A stretch of DNA of 63,745 nucleotides, the filler included, from Klebsormidium nitens (taxonomy: Eukaryota > Plantae > Klebsormidiophyceae), in assembly GCA_000708835.1 (NCBI GenBank). It is 6 parts of 6 records of this genome, joined end to end, with 100 filler letters (N's around TTAATTAATTAA, not from the genome) between each part and the next. Parts side by side here need not be neighbours in the genome. Positions count along the whole stretch, not along the records: positions 45,983 to 59,827 come from DF237887.1; positions 59,928 to 62,413 come from DF238682.1; 4 more parts are not named here. The stretch is one strand, 5' to 3'. Made by a program: the position numbers and the translations under genes. The notes beneath the pieces are model-generated. The model made no database searches, had not been told where the DNA came from, and saw only the letters and a program-made list of their open reading frames with translations. This document shows, in pieces, positions 47,851 through 61,523 of this stretch (within the stretch, counting starts at the first letter, position 1; each line of letters opens with the position of its first letter).

Positions 47851-49918
47851 CCAGTAACACGTCCGAGTTGAATGTAGGCCGTATCGTGAGTGATAGAGTG
47901 ACCGGTTGATTAAAAGGAGTCCATATAGTTGAACCGGCCAGTGGGTGGTGCAAGTAGACCCGACCTAGGCTAAAGTACACCTAGCTACGGGATTGGAGTG
48001 ACTTTGGACTATTGTCATGTGATGGTATTAATTTCAAGAGATGCTTGAGGAGAAAAAGGCGCTTCTTTGTGAAGGCGCTTATGTGTAAGCGTGGTTAGAC
48101 CCTAGCTTGTGACAAGCATGAGTGAATGATTTCAACAAAGCGTGTGGGGAGAAGGAAGCCGCATGTGAGGCGCTTCGTGTTTTCCTCTTGGATGCATGGC
48201 TGCCACCATTGAGTAATGTGCATGCCGAGTACTGCGATAAAATCCGATAACGAGTGAACACAACACAATCTAGTCCAATCTCAGCAGAGTCCACTTGGTG
48301 TAGATCCAAGTTGCGCTCCTCGACCACTGCCAGCAGCACATGCAACGACGTTTGCTTGCTCATCAGGGCGAACTTCCTTGAGGTGAAGCCCTTGCTTCTG
48401 CAAGAGCTCTTTGCCACCAGCCCAAACTTGTATTGCTCCACATCACCATGAGCGTCCCGCTTATCTTATAAACCCACTCTATGGAACCCGCTTCACCCCT
48501 CCGATTCTCGACGATCTCCCACGTCCCGTTGTCCAACAAGGGAAGCATCTCCTCGTCCACAAAAATTCCGCAAGAGGTCGCTGTTGTCTCCCCCTACGGC
48601 TGCCTAATAAATTTGCGCTTCTGAATGCTCCCCCGTCCCTTTGGCGTGCTCCCCCGCTTCAGGGTTTGCCGCCAGGTTGGCACGGTATCATTCCTCGATG
48701 TCCTTCTAGCACGGACGAGGTGAGTTTGGCAGCCGGTGTTTGACTCCTTAGCTCCATCTCCATTTTCCCGGCTCGGCTTTACATGGGGCATGATCGAAAA
48801 CTCTCTGATTTGGCCCGGTTTTGAATTCAACGCGCTAAGTTGCGCCGAAGGGTCTTGGGGCCCCAATTCCGAGAAGGGCCCCCTTTTGACCACTACCGGA
48901 TTTGTCTGCCACTTTCCTCCGCCGTGGGCGAATACTTTTTGATGTCGGACCTATCCTCGACAATTTCTTGTCGTTTGCTGCTCGTCGAAAATTTATGTCC
49001 GGGCGGATGGTGAGCTTCCGTCTCTCTTCGGAAGCACTCGAGTCGCCTTGAACTCCGGATCTTACCCCACGAACACAGCTTCGCTTGCTTATTGGATCCA
49101 ATCTCCGTCTCCGGCGCTTCGCCACGTGCGCATATGCCCGCATACCCCCATGTGCCCCACTTAATGCCGAAGAACGCCTCTCACGGGGTATAATTCCGTA
49201 CGCGTCCACTGTTGAAAGCAAGCGCCTTTCAAGTGCACAACCACAAGGAAGGAGTGTGGTTTTTTTTAAAATCGAGTCCAAGTCTTATAGCCTAGCTCAA
49301 GCCTAGCTATTACCCTAGGTGTTTCAATCGCAAATCGACGGTCCTTATTCGATGTCTACAAAAGAACCCATCAAACGGCTACACCGAATACACATCATAA
49401 AAGAACCCATGCACAATGGACTCAATTGTACGGCTTACGTTTCGCACATCCTACGGTGGACTTTCAATCATGCAAGCTCACAATCGTACGGCCAAGCTTA
49501 TGCATCAAACCTACGATTCTATGGACGATATATCATAGGGTATTAGGGCGTACTCAAGGCTAGTAGCGCATAAAACACTCACAAATGCTCGATTTCTGGG
49601 GTGTTGGCCGTCAAGGCCTTCGGTCACAACTCTTTGAGCAGGCCCAAGTCCCTCAATGCCTCAAGCATTGCTCAAACATTCTCAACAAATAGCCGATTGG
49701 CCCGCTTTGCCGACCCGTTTAGTTCGGCCGTGTGTGGAGTCTTCTCGGCCCCGTTCCCTTGCCCCTCAACTTTTTATTGATGGCTTTGTTGACGTATACC
49801 TTTCCCCTACTCATCTGCACCGATTTGAGTTTCTTCCCTGATTGCAACCTCAACCGGTTGGTCACGTGCTCAATCACTTTGGCCACCTCGCTCTTTGGCT
49901 TCGTGGGAAGGGAACTAC

Positions 49919-50361
49919 TGTTGAGATACGGGCATTTAAGGACCGAATCTTTGTATAATCCTAGGGTTTTAGAATCACGACGTCGACGGTTTTGACGGTA
50001 ACTAGTAGCTACGATTACACGGTTAAATGCGCGGGGGTCACAACTTTACACCCCGAATGACTTGGCGATAACCGTCGATATCGTGTAGGTTCGATATAAT
50101 AGCCGTTGATGTACGGTATAGAGTGAAATTTCGGACTTACTAGGTGACGGTCCATTGAGCCTACTAGGCTAGAGTGTAGACCTAGACATAGGCCGTGACT
50201 CGGAACACTCCATATACAATGTGTGANNNNNNNNNNNNNNNNNNNNGAGCCTACTAGGCTAGAGTGTAGACCTAGACATAGGCCGTGACTCGGAACACTC
50301 CATATACAATGTGTGAACTTGATTGATTGAAGATCACTTCGAACAACGCTGTCTTTCAACA
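49919..50361 (+). mobile_element. Solo Copia LTR (family 1) with near-perfect 5-bp TSD
   Basis: TGTTGA...TCAACA termini; flanks ACTAC (49914-49918) and ACTAG (50362-50366); the integrase reading frame continues on both sides. Confidence 0.85.
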
Positions 50362-51224
50362 ACTAGAATCGAGAGCTTGTTGTAGTCAGGCAGAACGTGG
50401 CGTAGTACCCCATGCCCCCCATCAAAGCCACAAGCATCGGCCCGCAAACTTCCATGTGAACTAGCTCGGGAGGCTTCGCGCTCACCGACTCGGTCCCCAA
50501 AAAGAGTTTCCGCCTTTGCTTCCCCACGTTGTAGGGCTCACATACCGTGCTTTCATTCGCCAAAACGCATTTGCTTTCACCTCCACACCCTCAACGAGGT
50601 TCCCTTGCACCATCGTTGCCAAGAATTCACGTATTGGGCGTGTCCATCCGATAGTGCCAGAGCTCCGCCATCTCCGCCTTCCTCACGAGGAGACGATTTG
50701 TCCGTCACCGTCCCGTCGATCACGTAGTTCTCTTTCACCTCCCAAGCTACAATTATCAATTTAGAGCTGTTCTTTTGAACGACACCGTAGCGACCTCGGT
50801 TGCCTTTCACACATCGAGATCAGATGTGGCGTTGCCTTCAAGACACACATCACGTTCCGCAGACTAACCAGACTTTCTCCAGTTGATGTTGCACATTGCA
50901 GCTCGACGGAGCCGCTCCCCTCCGCCCACAAGCTTCCTTTGTCCCCCAACGTAAACTCTCGGCCACTCTCACCGAATCCAAATGTAAACTCTCGGCCACC
51001 CTCGCCGAAAATGTCAACTGTGTTAGATAGAGCACTTGTCCCCAATACGTTGTTTGTTGGAGGTACCCATCTATCGACGAGCCATTCGTTGACAGCTACC
51101 CACACGCTAAAGGCACATGAAATGCCACTACCCGAGAAGGTCTCTCTCCCTTCCGCTGCTCCGATTTGAGATCCAATTTATCCACCTTGCTGCATCACAG
51201 AGAGGACTCCGCGACAGACGTGTG

Positions 51225-53297
51225 ATCTACGGCAAGAAGCCCAACGTGGGGCACGTGCAGGGCTTTGGGGCGCGAGCCTACAGGTCAAGCAGAGAAGACG
51301 GAAGTTGGATCCGAGAAGCAAGAAGTGTGTGTTCGTGAGGTATGAGCCGGACTCGAAGGCGTATTGGGAGCTCCGGAGAGCGACTCGTGAGGATCATGAT
51401 CTCCCGGGACGTCATTTTTTTCGAGGGCCAGTGAGACAACGGGGTTGTTGAGCTAAGCTCCGACCCACGAAGGGTTTCTCAAAGGCGGCCGGCAAGCGTG
51501 ACACCGCGCCCGCGCCTACCTCCACACACGCGCACGCACCCGCAGCCGACCACGGCCGCGTCGTACGCACAATTTCCAAAACCGACCAAATGGCGAGTTT
51601 TGAAGGTTACAATGCGAGAGCAGAGGCGAGCCGGACTGGAGAATGCGGAGGACATGGGGATGCCAACACCGGCTGCTCGGAGTTACCCCACGCGAGAAAG
51701 ACGTGCACTTGGAGGGTGGTACCGCGCCGTCGGACACTGAAGCGAGGAAGCATCTCAAAGGGACGGGGGAACACCTAAGACCGTGGACTTATCGGGAAGC
51801 CGTAGGTGGAGAAGAGAGTGACTATTGGCGGAAGTCAATAGACAAAGCTCGAGCGTTGTCTGTTGGAGAACGGGACGGTGGCAATCGTTGAAAGACTGGA
51901 AGGGGTCAAGCCAATTCTCATAGAGTGGGTTTACAGAATCAAGCCGGACGCTCTCGGAAATAAGGAGCGATACAAGCCCTTGCTGGTGACGAAAGGCTAC
52001 CTACAAAAGCCGGGGATTGACTTCGATGATCTACGCCTCAGTGAGCAAGCACACTATGTTGCGTGCGCTGTCGATGGTGGTTGCGGCTCGGGCCATGTGG
52101 AGCTGCATGAGCTGGATGTCAAGACGGCGTTCCTTATGGGGAGCCGGAGGAGGAGCTCCACACGCAGCAACCAAAGAGATACGAGCAAGGTGGGCCGGAG
52201 ATGGTCTACCGCCTCAAGCGCACCTTATACGGATTGCGTCAAGCGCCCGCGTGCGTGGCACATGCGTCTGAAGGAGGAGCTCGGGCCTTGAATTTCGAGT
52301 TCGTGGCGTCCATGGCAGACGCAGCGCTTTTTACGGGGATTGCAGCGGGGAAGCAGGTTTACATTGTGGATGGACGACATTCTCGTGGCCGCTCGTGGAG
52401 CAAAGCGCATTACGAAGGTGACGGCACACTTGGCTAAGAAATTTGACGTGTGCGATCTGGGGAAGGCGACGTACGTCTCGAGATTCAGCTGACGCGCAAT
52501 AGCGCCACGCATCGCAAAGCTGACGCAAAAGAAGCTGACACGGGAGTTGGTCGGCGTTACGAACTGGCGAACGCGCTGTCGCGTAACAAAATCCCCTTAG
52601 AACGGGGGACAAAATTAACGACTCGGAAGGAAGACCTGTGAACCCCTCGACACAAAGCGGTTCCTATATAGCGAGTGTGTGGGAAGCTTGCTGTACCTGA
52701 GTGTGCGCATAAGGCTCAAAATCGCGCATATGGTGGGCGCGCTTGCGCGCTACTTAGCGAGGCCGACGGAGGCGCAACGGCGAGGACAATAGAGGACGAG
52801 GTTACCTTCGGGGGGAGGTTGACGCCTTTTCGTTGATAACAATGACCCGGATTACTCAGGTGACGTGGACACGAGGCGGTCCACAACGGGGCACGTCTTT
52901 CTATGTACAGGGGGCGGTCAGCTGGTCGAGCAAATTGCAGCCAACGGTGGCGCCTCGACGGTGGAAGCTGAGTACCTGAGTGCAGCGCAAGCAGTCACGG
53001 TGAAGGAGGCGTTGTGGTTTCGCAAGCTTGAGGGAGATCCTGAGTTGGACCTCGTCCGGAACAATTTGAGTCCGGATACTACTGCGCGACAACCAAGGGG
53101 CAACCTACGGCTCTTAAAGCATCCAATCGCTTTGCAGCGGTCGAAGCACATTGACGTGATTCACCACTTGGCACGCAAGGAGGTCGCGTTCGCGTACTAG
53201 GGATGGAAGATTCGCAATTTCATTGATGTGGGGACGAGTGTTAAGATACGGGGCAATCAGGGACGAATCTCTGGGTGATTCTAGAGTTTTAGGATCA
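51225..53297 (+). mobile_element. Degenerate Copia element B: SH3-like region, RT, RNase H, PPT and start of 3' LTR
   Basis: YGKKPNVGH..FGARAY; GVKPILIEWVYRIK..LVTKGYLQKPGIDF; ELDVKTAFL; DTRRSTTG; STVEAEY; RSKHIDV; GGGACGAG followed by TGTTAAGATAC at 53239. Confidence 0.9.
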
Positions 53298-54364
53298 TTG
53301 CGCGCTAACAAGAAACCAGTAGCTTGTCTCGTTTGTTAACAAAAGCAGAATTTGTATGCCGAGTCCGATGTGGATGCAGATATTGAATGCAGAGAATGTG
53401 TAGAACTTTATCACAAATTCACTGTACCAGCAAAAAAGCCGCGAGCCTGTACGCCCCGCCTGAGTGAAAATACTGTACAATTGTCGGATTGGGCATGGTT
53501 TTGCCCAATGATCAATTTCGTCTGCTTTTTGGAGACTTGGACAGCTTGGACCTATTTCAACTCGATATTTCCATTGGAAAAACGAGCTGGTACTTTTACC
53601 CGTGTGGTTTTGAAATGGAAGAAAGTGGCGCTTTAGACTTGATCACTCCATGAAGAGCAATTTTTCCATCGAAGGCTACTTTGTCCGATTTCAGGTCTGA
53701 AATGCTCGACCCGGATTTTCGACGGCTTTTTGGATTCGATGCTCCAATATTCTTTCTTGTGAAGGCCCTCATTCACACCACAAACGACAAGCATCAGTCA
53801 GATTTAACCCCGACAATTGTACACGGAGAGTATTGCTGACTACCGTGCCGTCATTCGTAACCGCGTGCTTTTTGCGTATAAAGCCTAAATCCGTGTCGCA
53901 CCGAATTAGTACACGGCCGGCTGTATAGTTCGTGATACATTCGTAAACGTATAGTGAAAGTCATAAGGTATTTGATTACTAGAAAATTTGTAGTATCTGA
54001 GTCATATAGCCGCATCTCGGATGTAAATAATTCAGAATCGGTAACATGTGCGGCATGGCGCCTCCCCTATACCTTGCAAAACGGTAGACCAAGCATTCCG
54101 AAGTTCATACCGCACCGCGGTTTCTAAAGTGTAATTGTTTTGAGGGCCAAACCCCAAAGTCCTGCACCCGCCCAGTTGGTTGGCTTTCAATTGCGCGCGG
54201 CGCCGTACCTTGCGAACCGTGCGGCCGGCAGGGCGGGCATCACTGTAGATTGGACTTTACTATAAGGAGGCTCAGCTGAGCTCCGACCATCGGCGACGCC
54301 AGGCGGCAGTGCCCGGCTCTTCCAACTTATTCGAAGTGATATACACGACCAAACACACACTCAA

Positions 54365-56095
54365 TGTAACGAGTCGGTCAAGCCGACAGTCCAAGTACAA
54401 CGTGATCGCAACGGATCAAGAGCCTAAAGCCTAGAAGTGTCTAAGATCCTTCTACCCAGGCTAGACAACGTGTGCAGTCCGGAACCGACGGAGGCTCAAG
54501 GGCCTAGTAGCACTGGAAGTACTCAAAACTGCACGAGCTCGGCCTATGGTGAACACCTCTGGGCCGGCTATGCTGGAGAGCTACGCCGGCGACAGACACC
54601 CGCTGCCAGCTGAAGCAAAGCAGCCTAGAAGTCAACCGGCGTGAATATAGACCAACTGGATTTTGAGCTCAGCGGCTCGTCTAGCACAAGTATCTATAAA
54701 CTCGTCAAAGAAGGAATCAAGGCATCCGGGTACGTCTGGACCGCTTCCGGGGATGAAGGTATCCGAGTGCGGGGAGTGATCCGCGTACTTCCCCTCCTTC
54801 ATCTCCCACGCCAGCCATGTAGCGTGCCCCCGCTCCGAACCCTCGACGTAAATACTGCTGTTGTCGACGGCGTCGGATCCGTGGCCACCCCCATGTCGGC
54901 GAGAAACCCGGGACCACCACAAGGGTCGATCCGCTCTGACCAAGGAGTCCATTCGTCTCCCCGCCAACTCTCCTGCTGTGGGCGGTGTTCATCCCGCACT
55001 GCTCTCGGCGTGCGCTATTCAAAGCTCGCCTCCCACATGATGTAGATTCTGGTATAGGTAAGGACAGACAGGATAAGCCTATATAGTTTGTAGGGCAGTC
55101 GTCATCAAGGTATAGTGTAACATGCCGGATAGTCCCGAGCCTGCGATGCTCAGAACCCCCAACACAGAGTTAGCGGAATTGCGGAATGTACGCTGCGGGA
55201 GCTCAACACTTGGGAGAATTGCGAAACTCGCTTCTGGCTAGAAGCCGGCGTGTTGAATGAGCAACTTTCGTCCGACCTTATAGCTGTGCTCCAATTCAGA
55301 AGCCAGCAGAATGTTAGTCGCTCCATCCTAGAGATCTGCAGCGTCTTGCAGCACTCTATAACGTTAGATGAATTCGCTCTGCACTCTAGGTTATGCAACT
55401 GGCGTGTAACTGGATATGCGACCTTTGCCAGCTAAGAAACGTCCAGGTTCCTTGAACAGCCTGTCGCTTTCAGCCTAGAAGACGCCATTGTGTCAGCAAG
55501 TGACATCGTGCCTGCATCGCAGATCCACAGAAGGATGACAGCAAGGCATGCGCTTAGAAAGTCGCTCTGTGATTCGTTGAGTTAAGGAAAACGCGTCCTT
55601 GGTTCTCTCACCACTTGTTGATAGTGACTGCAGTCGCTTTCAGTCGCGCACCTAGCTTGAAGAAGCTCAAAGTTAGGTTCAAGTCCGTCACTGGATGAAA
55701 ATCCTGGATCCCGTAATAAGGTAATTAGCCCCGAAGTCATCGGACGGACTAAACGTACCAAAATAATCACTCGACGGTCAAAACGTACCAATTCTGTAAA
55801 TGTTGTCCCAGAATCCGATGGGGTAAATGTGGCCAAATCTGGATAAAATCCGAGCGCGTTCTCATTATTTAAAGAGCCGTCGATTTGAGATTCAAGCTCT
55901 TGTGTGACGTTGATAAAGCAACAACTTTCATACTCGTTTGAATTCACTTGAAGTCGATCTCAGGAGTTCAAGTCATAAGCTATGCTCAAATGTACATTCG
56001 CTACTAGGCACAGTGTACCTAGAAATTAGGGTTTCGCATTTTGCAAATAACCGTAACGATTTCAAAGGAGACCGGTAAAAGAGCACATCGTTACA
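54365..56095 (-). repeat. Candidate long 3' LTR of the Gypsy element (distal end uncertain)
   Basis: Starts TGTAACGA directly after the PPT (56095, minus strand); an 8-bp inverted match TGTAACGA lies at 54365; shorter TGTAAC alternatives at 55116 and 55405. Confidence 0.35.
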
Positions 56096-59000
56096 CTCCT
56101 CCCCCCTTTAAAGAATCAGCGTCCGCGCTGATACAGTTTTACTCCGAGAACGTTTCGATGGCTGAGTAGGCCCTGCCCTTGTGGGCTTACGTTTCCGAGT
56201 TCCGCTTTTGCTAATTGACGGGCCGGCTACACCAGGCTGCCTATCAATGTTAACACGTTGCCAATACTCCGCTTTGGCTGCCGGGGCGTTTTTCAAATTC
56301 ACCTGGGGTTCCCACGAATTATGCTCCGGACCATAATGGGACCAACTGACCAGAAACTCAAGAGAGGGTTTCTTACTTGAGCCTGTCGGACGATGCGATA
56401 GGATCCTGTCGACTTCGTACGCTAGGGCACCGTCCACGTCGAATGTTGGAGGCGGCGGTTGGTAGCGTCCATCTGAACGATACACTTCCAGCAACGAGAC
56501 GTGAAAGACGATATGGATCTTCCAGCGATCTGGAAGAGCCAGTTTGTAAGCAACTTGACCGATCCGTTCAATGATTTCAAACGGGCCAACAAACCGAGGC
56601 AAAAACTTAGGAGTTCCCACATGTTTGATGGGCAGACTTTGTGTTTAGAAGAACTTTATCTCCCAAAGCAAACTCAGCTTCTGAACGCTTCTGATCTGCA
56701 AAAGACTTTTGCCGTTGCTGAGCCGCATGCGGGTTGGTTTTCGCCCTAGAAATGCCTGCTTCCAATCGCTCAACAAAAGACTTTGCCGCAGGGACCGGAG
56801 AGTCTGCAATGCACCCCATGGGTGTTCGAGGCTGCTGACCAGAATTAAGCGAGAACGGAGACGCTTTAACTGAGGCATGCCAGGCATTGTTGTACGCAAA
56901 CTCTGCCAGGCCTAGCAAACGAGCCCAATCTGAACGATCCGGAGAAACATAATGACGCAAATACGTTTCAAGCGTCCAGTTCAAAATCTCCGTTGCCCCA
57001 TCGCTAGCCGCATGGAAAGAAGAGGACATAGCCAGCCGCGTACCAAGCAGAGTGGTGACCTCCTTCCAAAAACGACTCGTAAATCGCGGATCACGATCGC
57101 TTATGAACTTCGCACTGAGCCCGTGATGTTTGAAAACGTTTTCAACATACAGCTGTGCAAAGCCTTCAGCCGAGACTATTTTGACAGTAGGAACAAAGTG
57201 CGCCATCTTTGTGACTCGATCCACAAAGACGATAAATGAAACCTTTTTCGATTCTGTCATCGGCAAGTCTGTGATCAAGTCAAAGGAGATGCATTCCCAG
57301 GGGCGATCAGGAATCTCAACAGGTTGTAACAACCCACCTGGCTTTCGTAGCCTGTACTTGTTCCTTTGGCACGGCACGCACTCTTTGATGTACTTTCGCA
57401 CGTCGGCCCTTAACCCGACCCACTAGAAGTGGCGCTCAACCGCGTGCAGGGTCTTCTCAAAACCAAAATGTCCAGAGAACGGCGCGTCGTGCAGTTCCTG
57501 TAAAATCAAACGCTTCAGACTTTCGTTTGCTGACACGCAAATCTTGGAATCCTTCAAAAAGAAACCTTCCGCACTGGTACGCAGTTGATTGGACTTCCCG
57601 CTGTTTGCATCTCGCAGCCAGTCGTCCTGGTCGTAAGCTCTGATGATTGCATCCCTAAGAAGGTTAGGCACGCTAAACACACTGTTAGAGCTATGATCCT
57701 CCGCACGCCTGCTGGGAGTTCGACTCTGTGAAGGTTGGCCGACCGACTCAGATTGAACTCTACTCGACCTCAGCCCTATTACAGCCAGGTAAGCGGATCT
57801 GACATTCGGGTTTCGGCTCAAAGGGTCGGCAACATTCGTCCTGCCTGGACGATAGACCCACTCGAAATCGAACCGCTGAAGGAGCTCAGACCAACGAGCT
57901 TGACGCCTACTAAGGTTCGCTTGTGTTTTTAGGAAAGTGTTGAGACAATGATCCGTTACAACGGTAAACGAAACACCCTCGAGATAGCAACGCCAAGTGC
58001 GCAAAGCATGTACTACTCCCAACAACTCCTGTTCGCTTGTTGTGTAATTTCGCTCGGCGGGAGAAAGCTTACGAGATTCGAAAGCTACCGGTCGCTCATT
58101 CTGAAGCAGAACTGCGCCTAGCCCTTCCAACGAAGCATCACTGACGACCTCATAGGGTTGCGTTTCGTCAGGCGACACTAGGACAGGAGCATGCGTTAAG
58201 GCGTACTTGATCTGTTCAAACGCATCCCTACAGCGCTCAGTCCAAACAAACTCAGCCTTTGCCTTCAAAAGATTCGTTAGAGGCGCCGCACAGGAAGAGT
58301 ACCCTTGAATGAACCTTCGAAAATAGTTAGCCAAGCCAAGGAACGATCGCACCTGATGAGCGTCTGACGGTGTAGGCCAGTCCTGGACAGCGGCGACTTT
58401 TGCCGGGTTCACCTTGATCCCGTCAGCCCCAACGATGTGCCCAAGGAACTTGCACTCGCGCTGACTGAAGGACGACTTCGCCGTGCAGACGAAGAAACGT
58501 TGACGTCGAAGGACGTCCATCACCAGTCTCAGATGTCCCTCGTGCTCCTCTTCCGTTTTGCTGTAAACAAGGATATCATCCAGGTAAACAACCACGAAAT
58601 CTTTCAGATAAGGACGGAAGATATCGTTCATGACCGACTGAAACGTTGCTGGCGCGTTCGTTAGTCCCTCGATTAAGACTTTAAACTGATAGTGACCGAA
58701 AGGAGTTCGGAACGCAGTCTTGGGGACGTCTTCATCAGTGATTCGAATCTGATGATAGCCTGAAGTAAGATCCAGATTTGTGAAGTACTTGGCGCCAGAC
58801 ACCGCATCAAGCAAATCATCAATTCTAGGAATGGGATACCGATTTTTGACCGTGACCGCATTCAGAGCCCGAAAATCAAGACAAAGTCTCAGACCTCGAC
58901 CGTTTGGTTTAGGGACAAACAAAATCGGAGCTCCATAAGGACTGCTTGACGGTTCAATCTGTCCTTTTGCTAGCATCTCTGTAATTTGCTTTTTCGCTTC

Positions 59001-59827
59001 CCTCATTTCCAAAGGACTCAGGTCTACGGTACATCGGACGATAAGGAGGACTATGACCAGGCTCCGTAGGAATCGAATGAGAAACATTCCTAGACGGAGG
59101 TAAACCCTCAGGCAAGGGATCCTGGAAGACGTCGCTGTACTCCTTCTGTAACGCTTCAACCCAAGAAGCAGAAGCAGAACTTGGCTCAGAGGACTCACCG
59201 TCGAATATTTCCTTCAAGGTAGCTAGGAAAAGCGGGTTACCTCTCTTGACCAACCGCTTCACTTGCCTCGCCGACAGAACCGGTGTAGCTTTCCCGTCAC
59301 TTGGCTCCTGCACAGGTTCTCGCACTAACGCTTTCTGTTTAACCGTAACTCGCTTTCGGCCCTTGGTTAGTAGCGCGCTTTGGGTTCGATAGTCTAGCAC
59401 AACATTGTTGGCGGTCATAAAATGATCGCCAAGTACGATGTCAACACCCTCGAGCAGATTCGTTACTAGACATGTAACCGGTTGATGGAAGGCACCTAAT
59501 CGTAGGTGTACGCGCGCCGTACACCAACTGCAGTTATACTCGAGTTGTCGCCAAGTTTGATCGAATCTGCGTTTGATTCGATTGTCAAACCTGTTAGCTT
59601 GGCAAAGGAGAGAGATACGAAGTTGTGATCTGCATCGCTATCAAATAGCACATTCGCATGCTGATCAGCCGCGCGGCCTGCAAAGCACATTTTCAATTGC
59701 CCAAGCTCGAGTGCGCTCAGGGTCGACGGTTCGCCCTGGTGAGAATTTCGAAGACCAACAGAAGGACTAGGGGCGTAGTACCATACAGAAATTGGTCGAT
59801 TTGTGGTACTGACTTTCGTTGCTAGCT
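56096..59827 (-). mobile_element. Ty3/Gypsy chromovirus pol (protease-RT-RNase H-integrase-chromodomain) with few lesions; gag truncated by contig end
   Basis: VLFDSD protease; YPIPRIDDL, DLTSGYHQI, YLDDIL; DASLEGLGAVL; ISFDLITDLP, DRDPRFTS; chromodomain YEVDRILSHR..FLVSW..NSWEP; PPT AAAGGGGGGAGGAG; in-frame TAG at 57423; frameshifts near 56615, 59030 and 59500. Confidence 0.95.
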
Positions 59828-59927
59828 NNNNNNNNNNNNNNNNNNNNNNNNNNNNNNNNNNNNNNNNNNNNTTAATTAATTAANNNNNNNNNNNNNNNNN
59901 NNNNNNNNNNNNNNNNNNNNNNNNNNN
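59828..59927. other. Artificial contig linker
   Basis: N44-TTAATTAATTAA-N44. Confidence 0.97.
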
Positions 59928-60072
59928 GCTAACCGACCGGGCACCACAGCCCAGGGTCGGGGCTCAGGCACTTAGGGAGAGGTGTTGAGTCCGAAAGGCA
60001 AGTTTCGAGGGCCCGGTAAAATCGGACCGGGGAGCAGGAGGTAGGAGGTAGGCGGAAGGCGCACGGGGCTTA

Positions 60073-61523
60073 GGGAGGTCCGCCCCCCTTAGAGTAGCGG
60101 AAGGAAGGGTGGTAACCATGGAGTCCCAAGCTAGTCTTCAGCATTTCAGCAGTGCGCTAGGCCATATAGAGCGAGGTACTGTAGTGAGCATCGCGTCCGG
60201 TGAAATTAGGGTTGACATACGGAGTTGCAAGAAACGTGTTGCTGTCAGGTGCTTGACGTGCTTGCATCAAATCTGGGTGAAAGGCAAAGAGGGGCGGTTG
60301 AAGCTCAATTTCCGAAAGAGCGACCGGAGGATCATGGGCTACCTCATCAGCGCTGAGATCCCAAAGGCCAAGCAATGCAAGCAGATTGTGTGCCTGAGCT
60401 GCGTCGACAAACTGCTCGGCAAGGTGACGGAGAACATTGATGGTCTGTCGATCACGTTGAGCATTCGAAAAGATGGCGGCCAAGACACTGCTGTCCTACG
60501 GCGGGAGACACTGAGGAGTCCTTGGAGCCAGACCCTCGAGCTCACGGATGATGTGCTGAGCTTCCTCTGCCGGGAGAATGCAACAACAGTGCCGGGGCGG
60601 AGGCCAGTCGCCACGGCGGCGTCCCAGGTCGGCAAGCGAGGCATGGCAAAGGGGATGCGGCCAAGGGCGAAAGGCGCTACGGAAGAATCGAGCACCGAAG
60701 TGAGCTATCATAATTTTTTCTTGATATACATCCAACCAAAGTATGTGTGTGTAACGATTACGACTGGTTAAGCCTAACCTCGTTCTCGACAGGATTTCGT
60801 TGACCTGCGGGTTAGCGAAACNNNNNNNNNNNNNNNNNNNNGGGAGGTCCGCCCCCCCTAGAGTAGGGGAAGGAAGGGTGGTAACCATGGAGTCCCAAGC
60901 TAGTCTTCAGTATTTCAGCAGTGCGCTAGACCATATAGAGCGAGGTAATGTAGTGAGCATCGCGTCCGGTGAAATTAGGGTTGACATACGGAGTTGCAAG
61001 GAACGTGTTGCTGTCAAGTGCTTGACCGTCGTGCTTGCATCAGATCTGGGTGAAAGGCAAAGAGGGGCGGTTGAAGCTCAATTTCCGAAAGAGCGACCGG
61101 AGGATCATGGGCTACCTCATCAGCGCTGAGATCCCAAAGGCCAAGCAATGCAAGCAGATTGTGTGCCTGAGCTGCGTCGACAGACTGCTCGGCAAGGTGA
61201 CGGTGAGCATTGATGGTCTGTCGATCACGTTGAGCATTCGAAAAGATGGCGGCCAAGACACTGCTGTCCTACGGCGGGAGACACTGGGGAGTCCTTGGAG
61301 CCAGACACTCGAGCTCACGGATGATGTGCTGAGCTTCCTCTGCCGGGAGAATGCAACAACAGTGCCGGGGCAGAGGTCAGTCGCCACGGCGGCGTCCCAG
61401 GTCGGCAAGCGAGGCATGGCAAAGGGGATGCGGCCAAGGGCGAAAGGCGCTACGGAAGAATCGAGCACCGAGGTGAGCTATCATAATTTTTTCTTGATAT
61501 ACATCAGATCAAAGTATGTGTGC
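60073..61523 (+). repeat. Direct tandem duplication of about 680 bp (60073-60752 and 60842-61523) across a short N gap
   Basis: Near-identical copies with scattered substitutions and an indel near 61025. Confidence 0.9.

Larger units (their letters stand above)
46250..51200 (-). mobile_element. Degenerate Copia element A, broken by several nested insertions
   Basis: In Copia order on the minus strand: protease EWLVD (~51070), GAG-pre-integrase/integrase N-terminus (50600-50362), rve core (49918-49560), SH3-like RAYAHV..LDP (~49150), RT MDEEM..NGTWE (48560-48230), RT pieces (47245-47480, 46250-46310). Confidence 0.82.

Noticed and set aside
50158-50316. 69-bp direct repeat inside the solo LTR
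   Set aside because: Identical copies flank a short N run; this is a typical unmerged contig overlap
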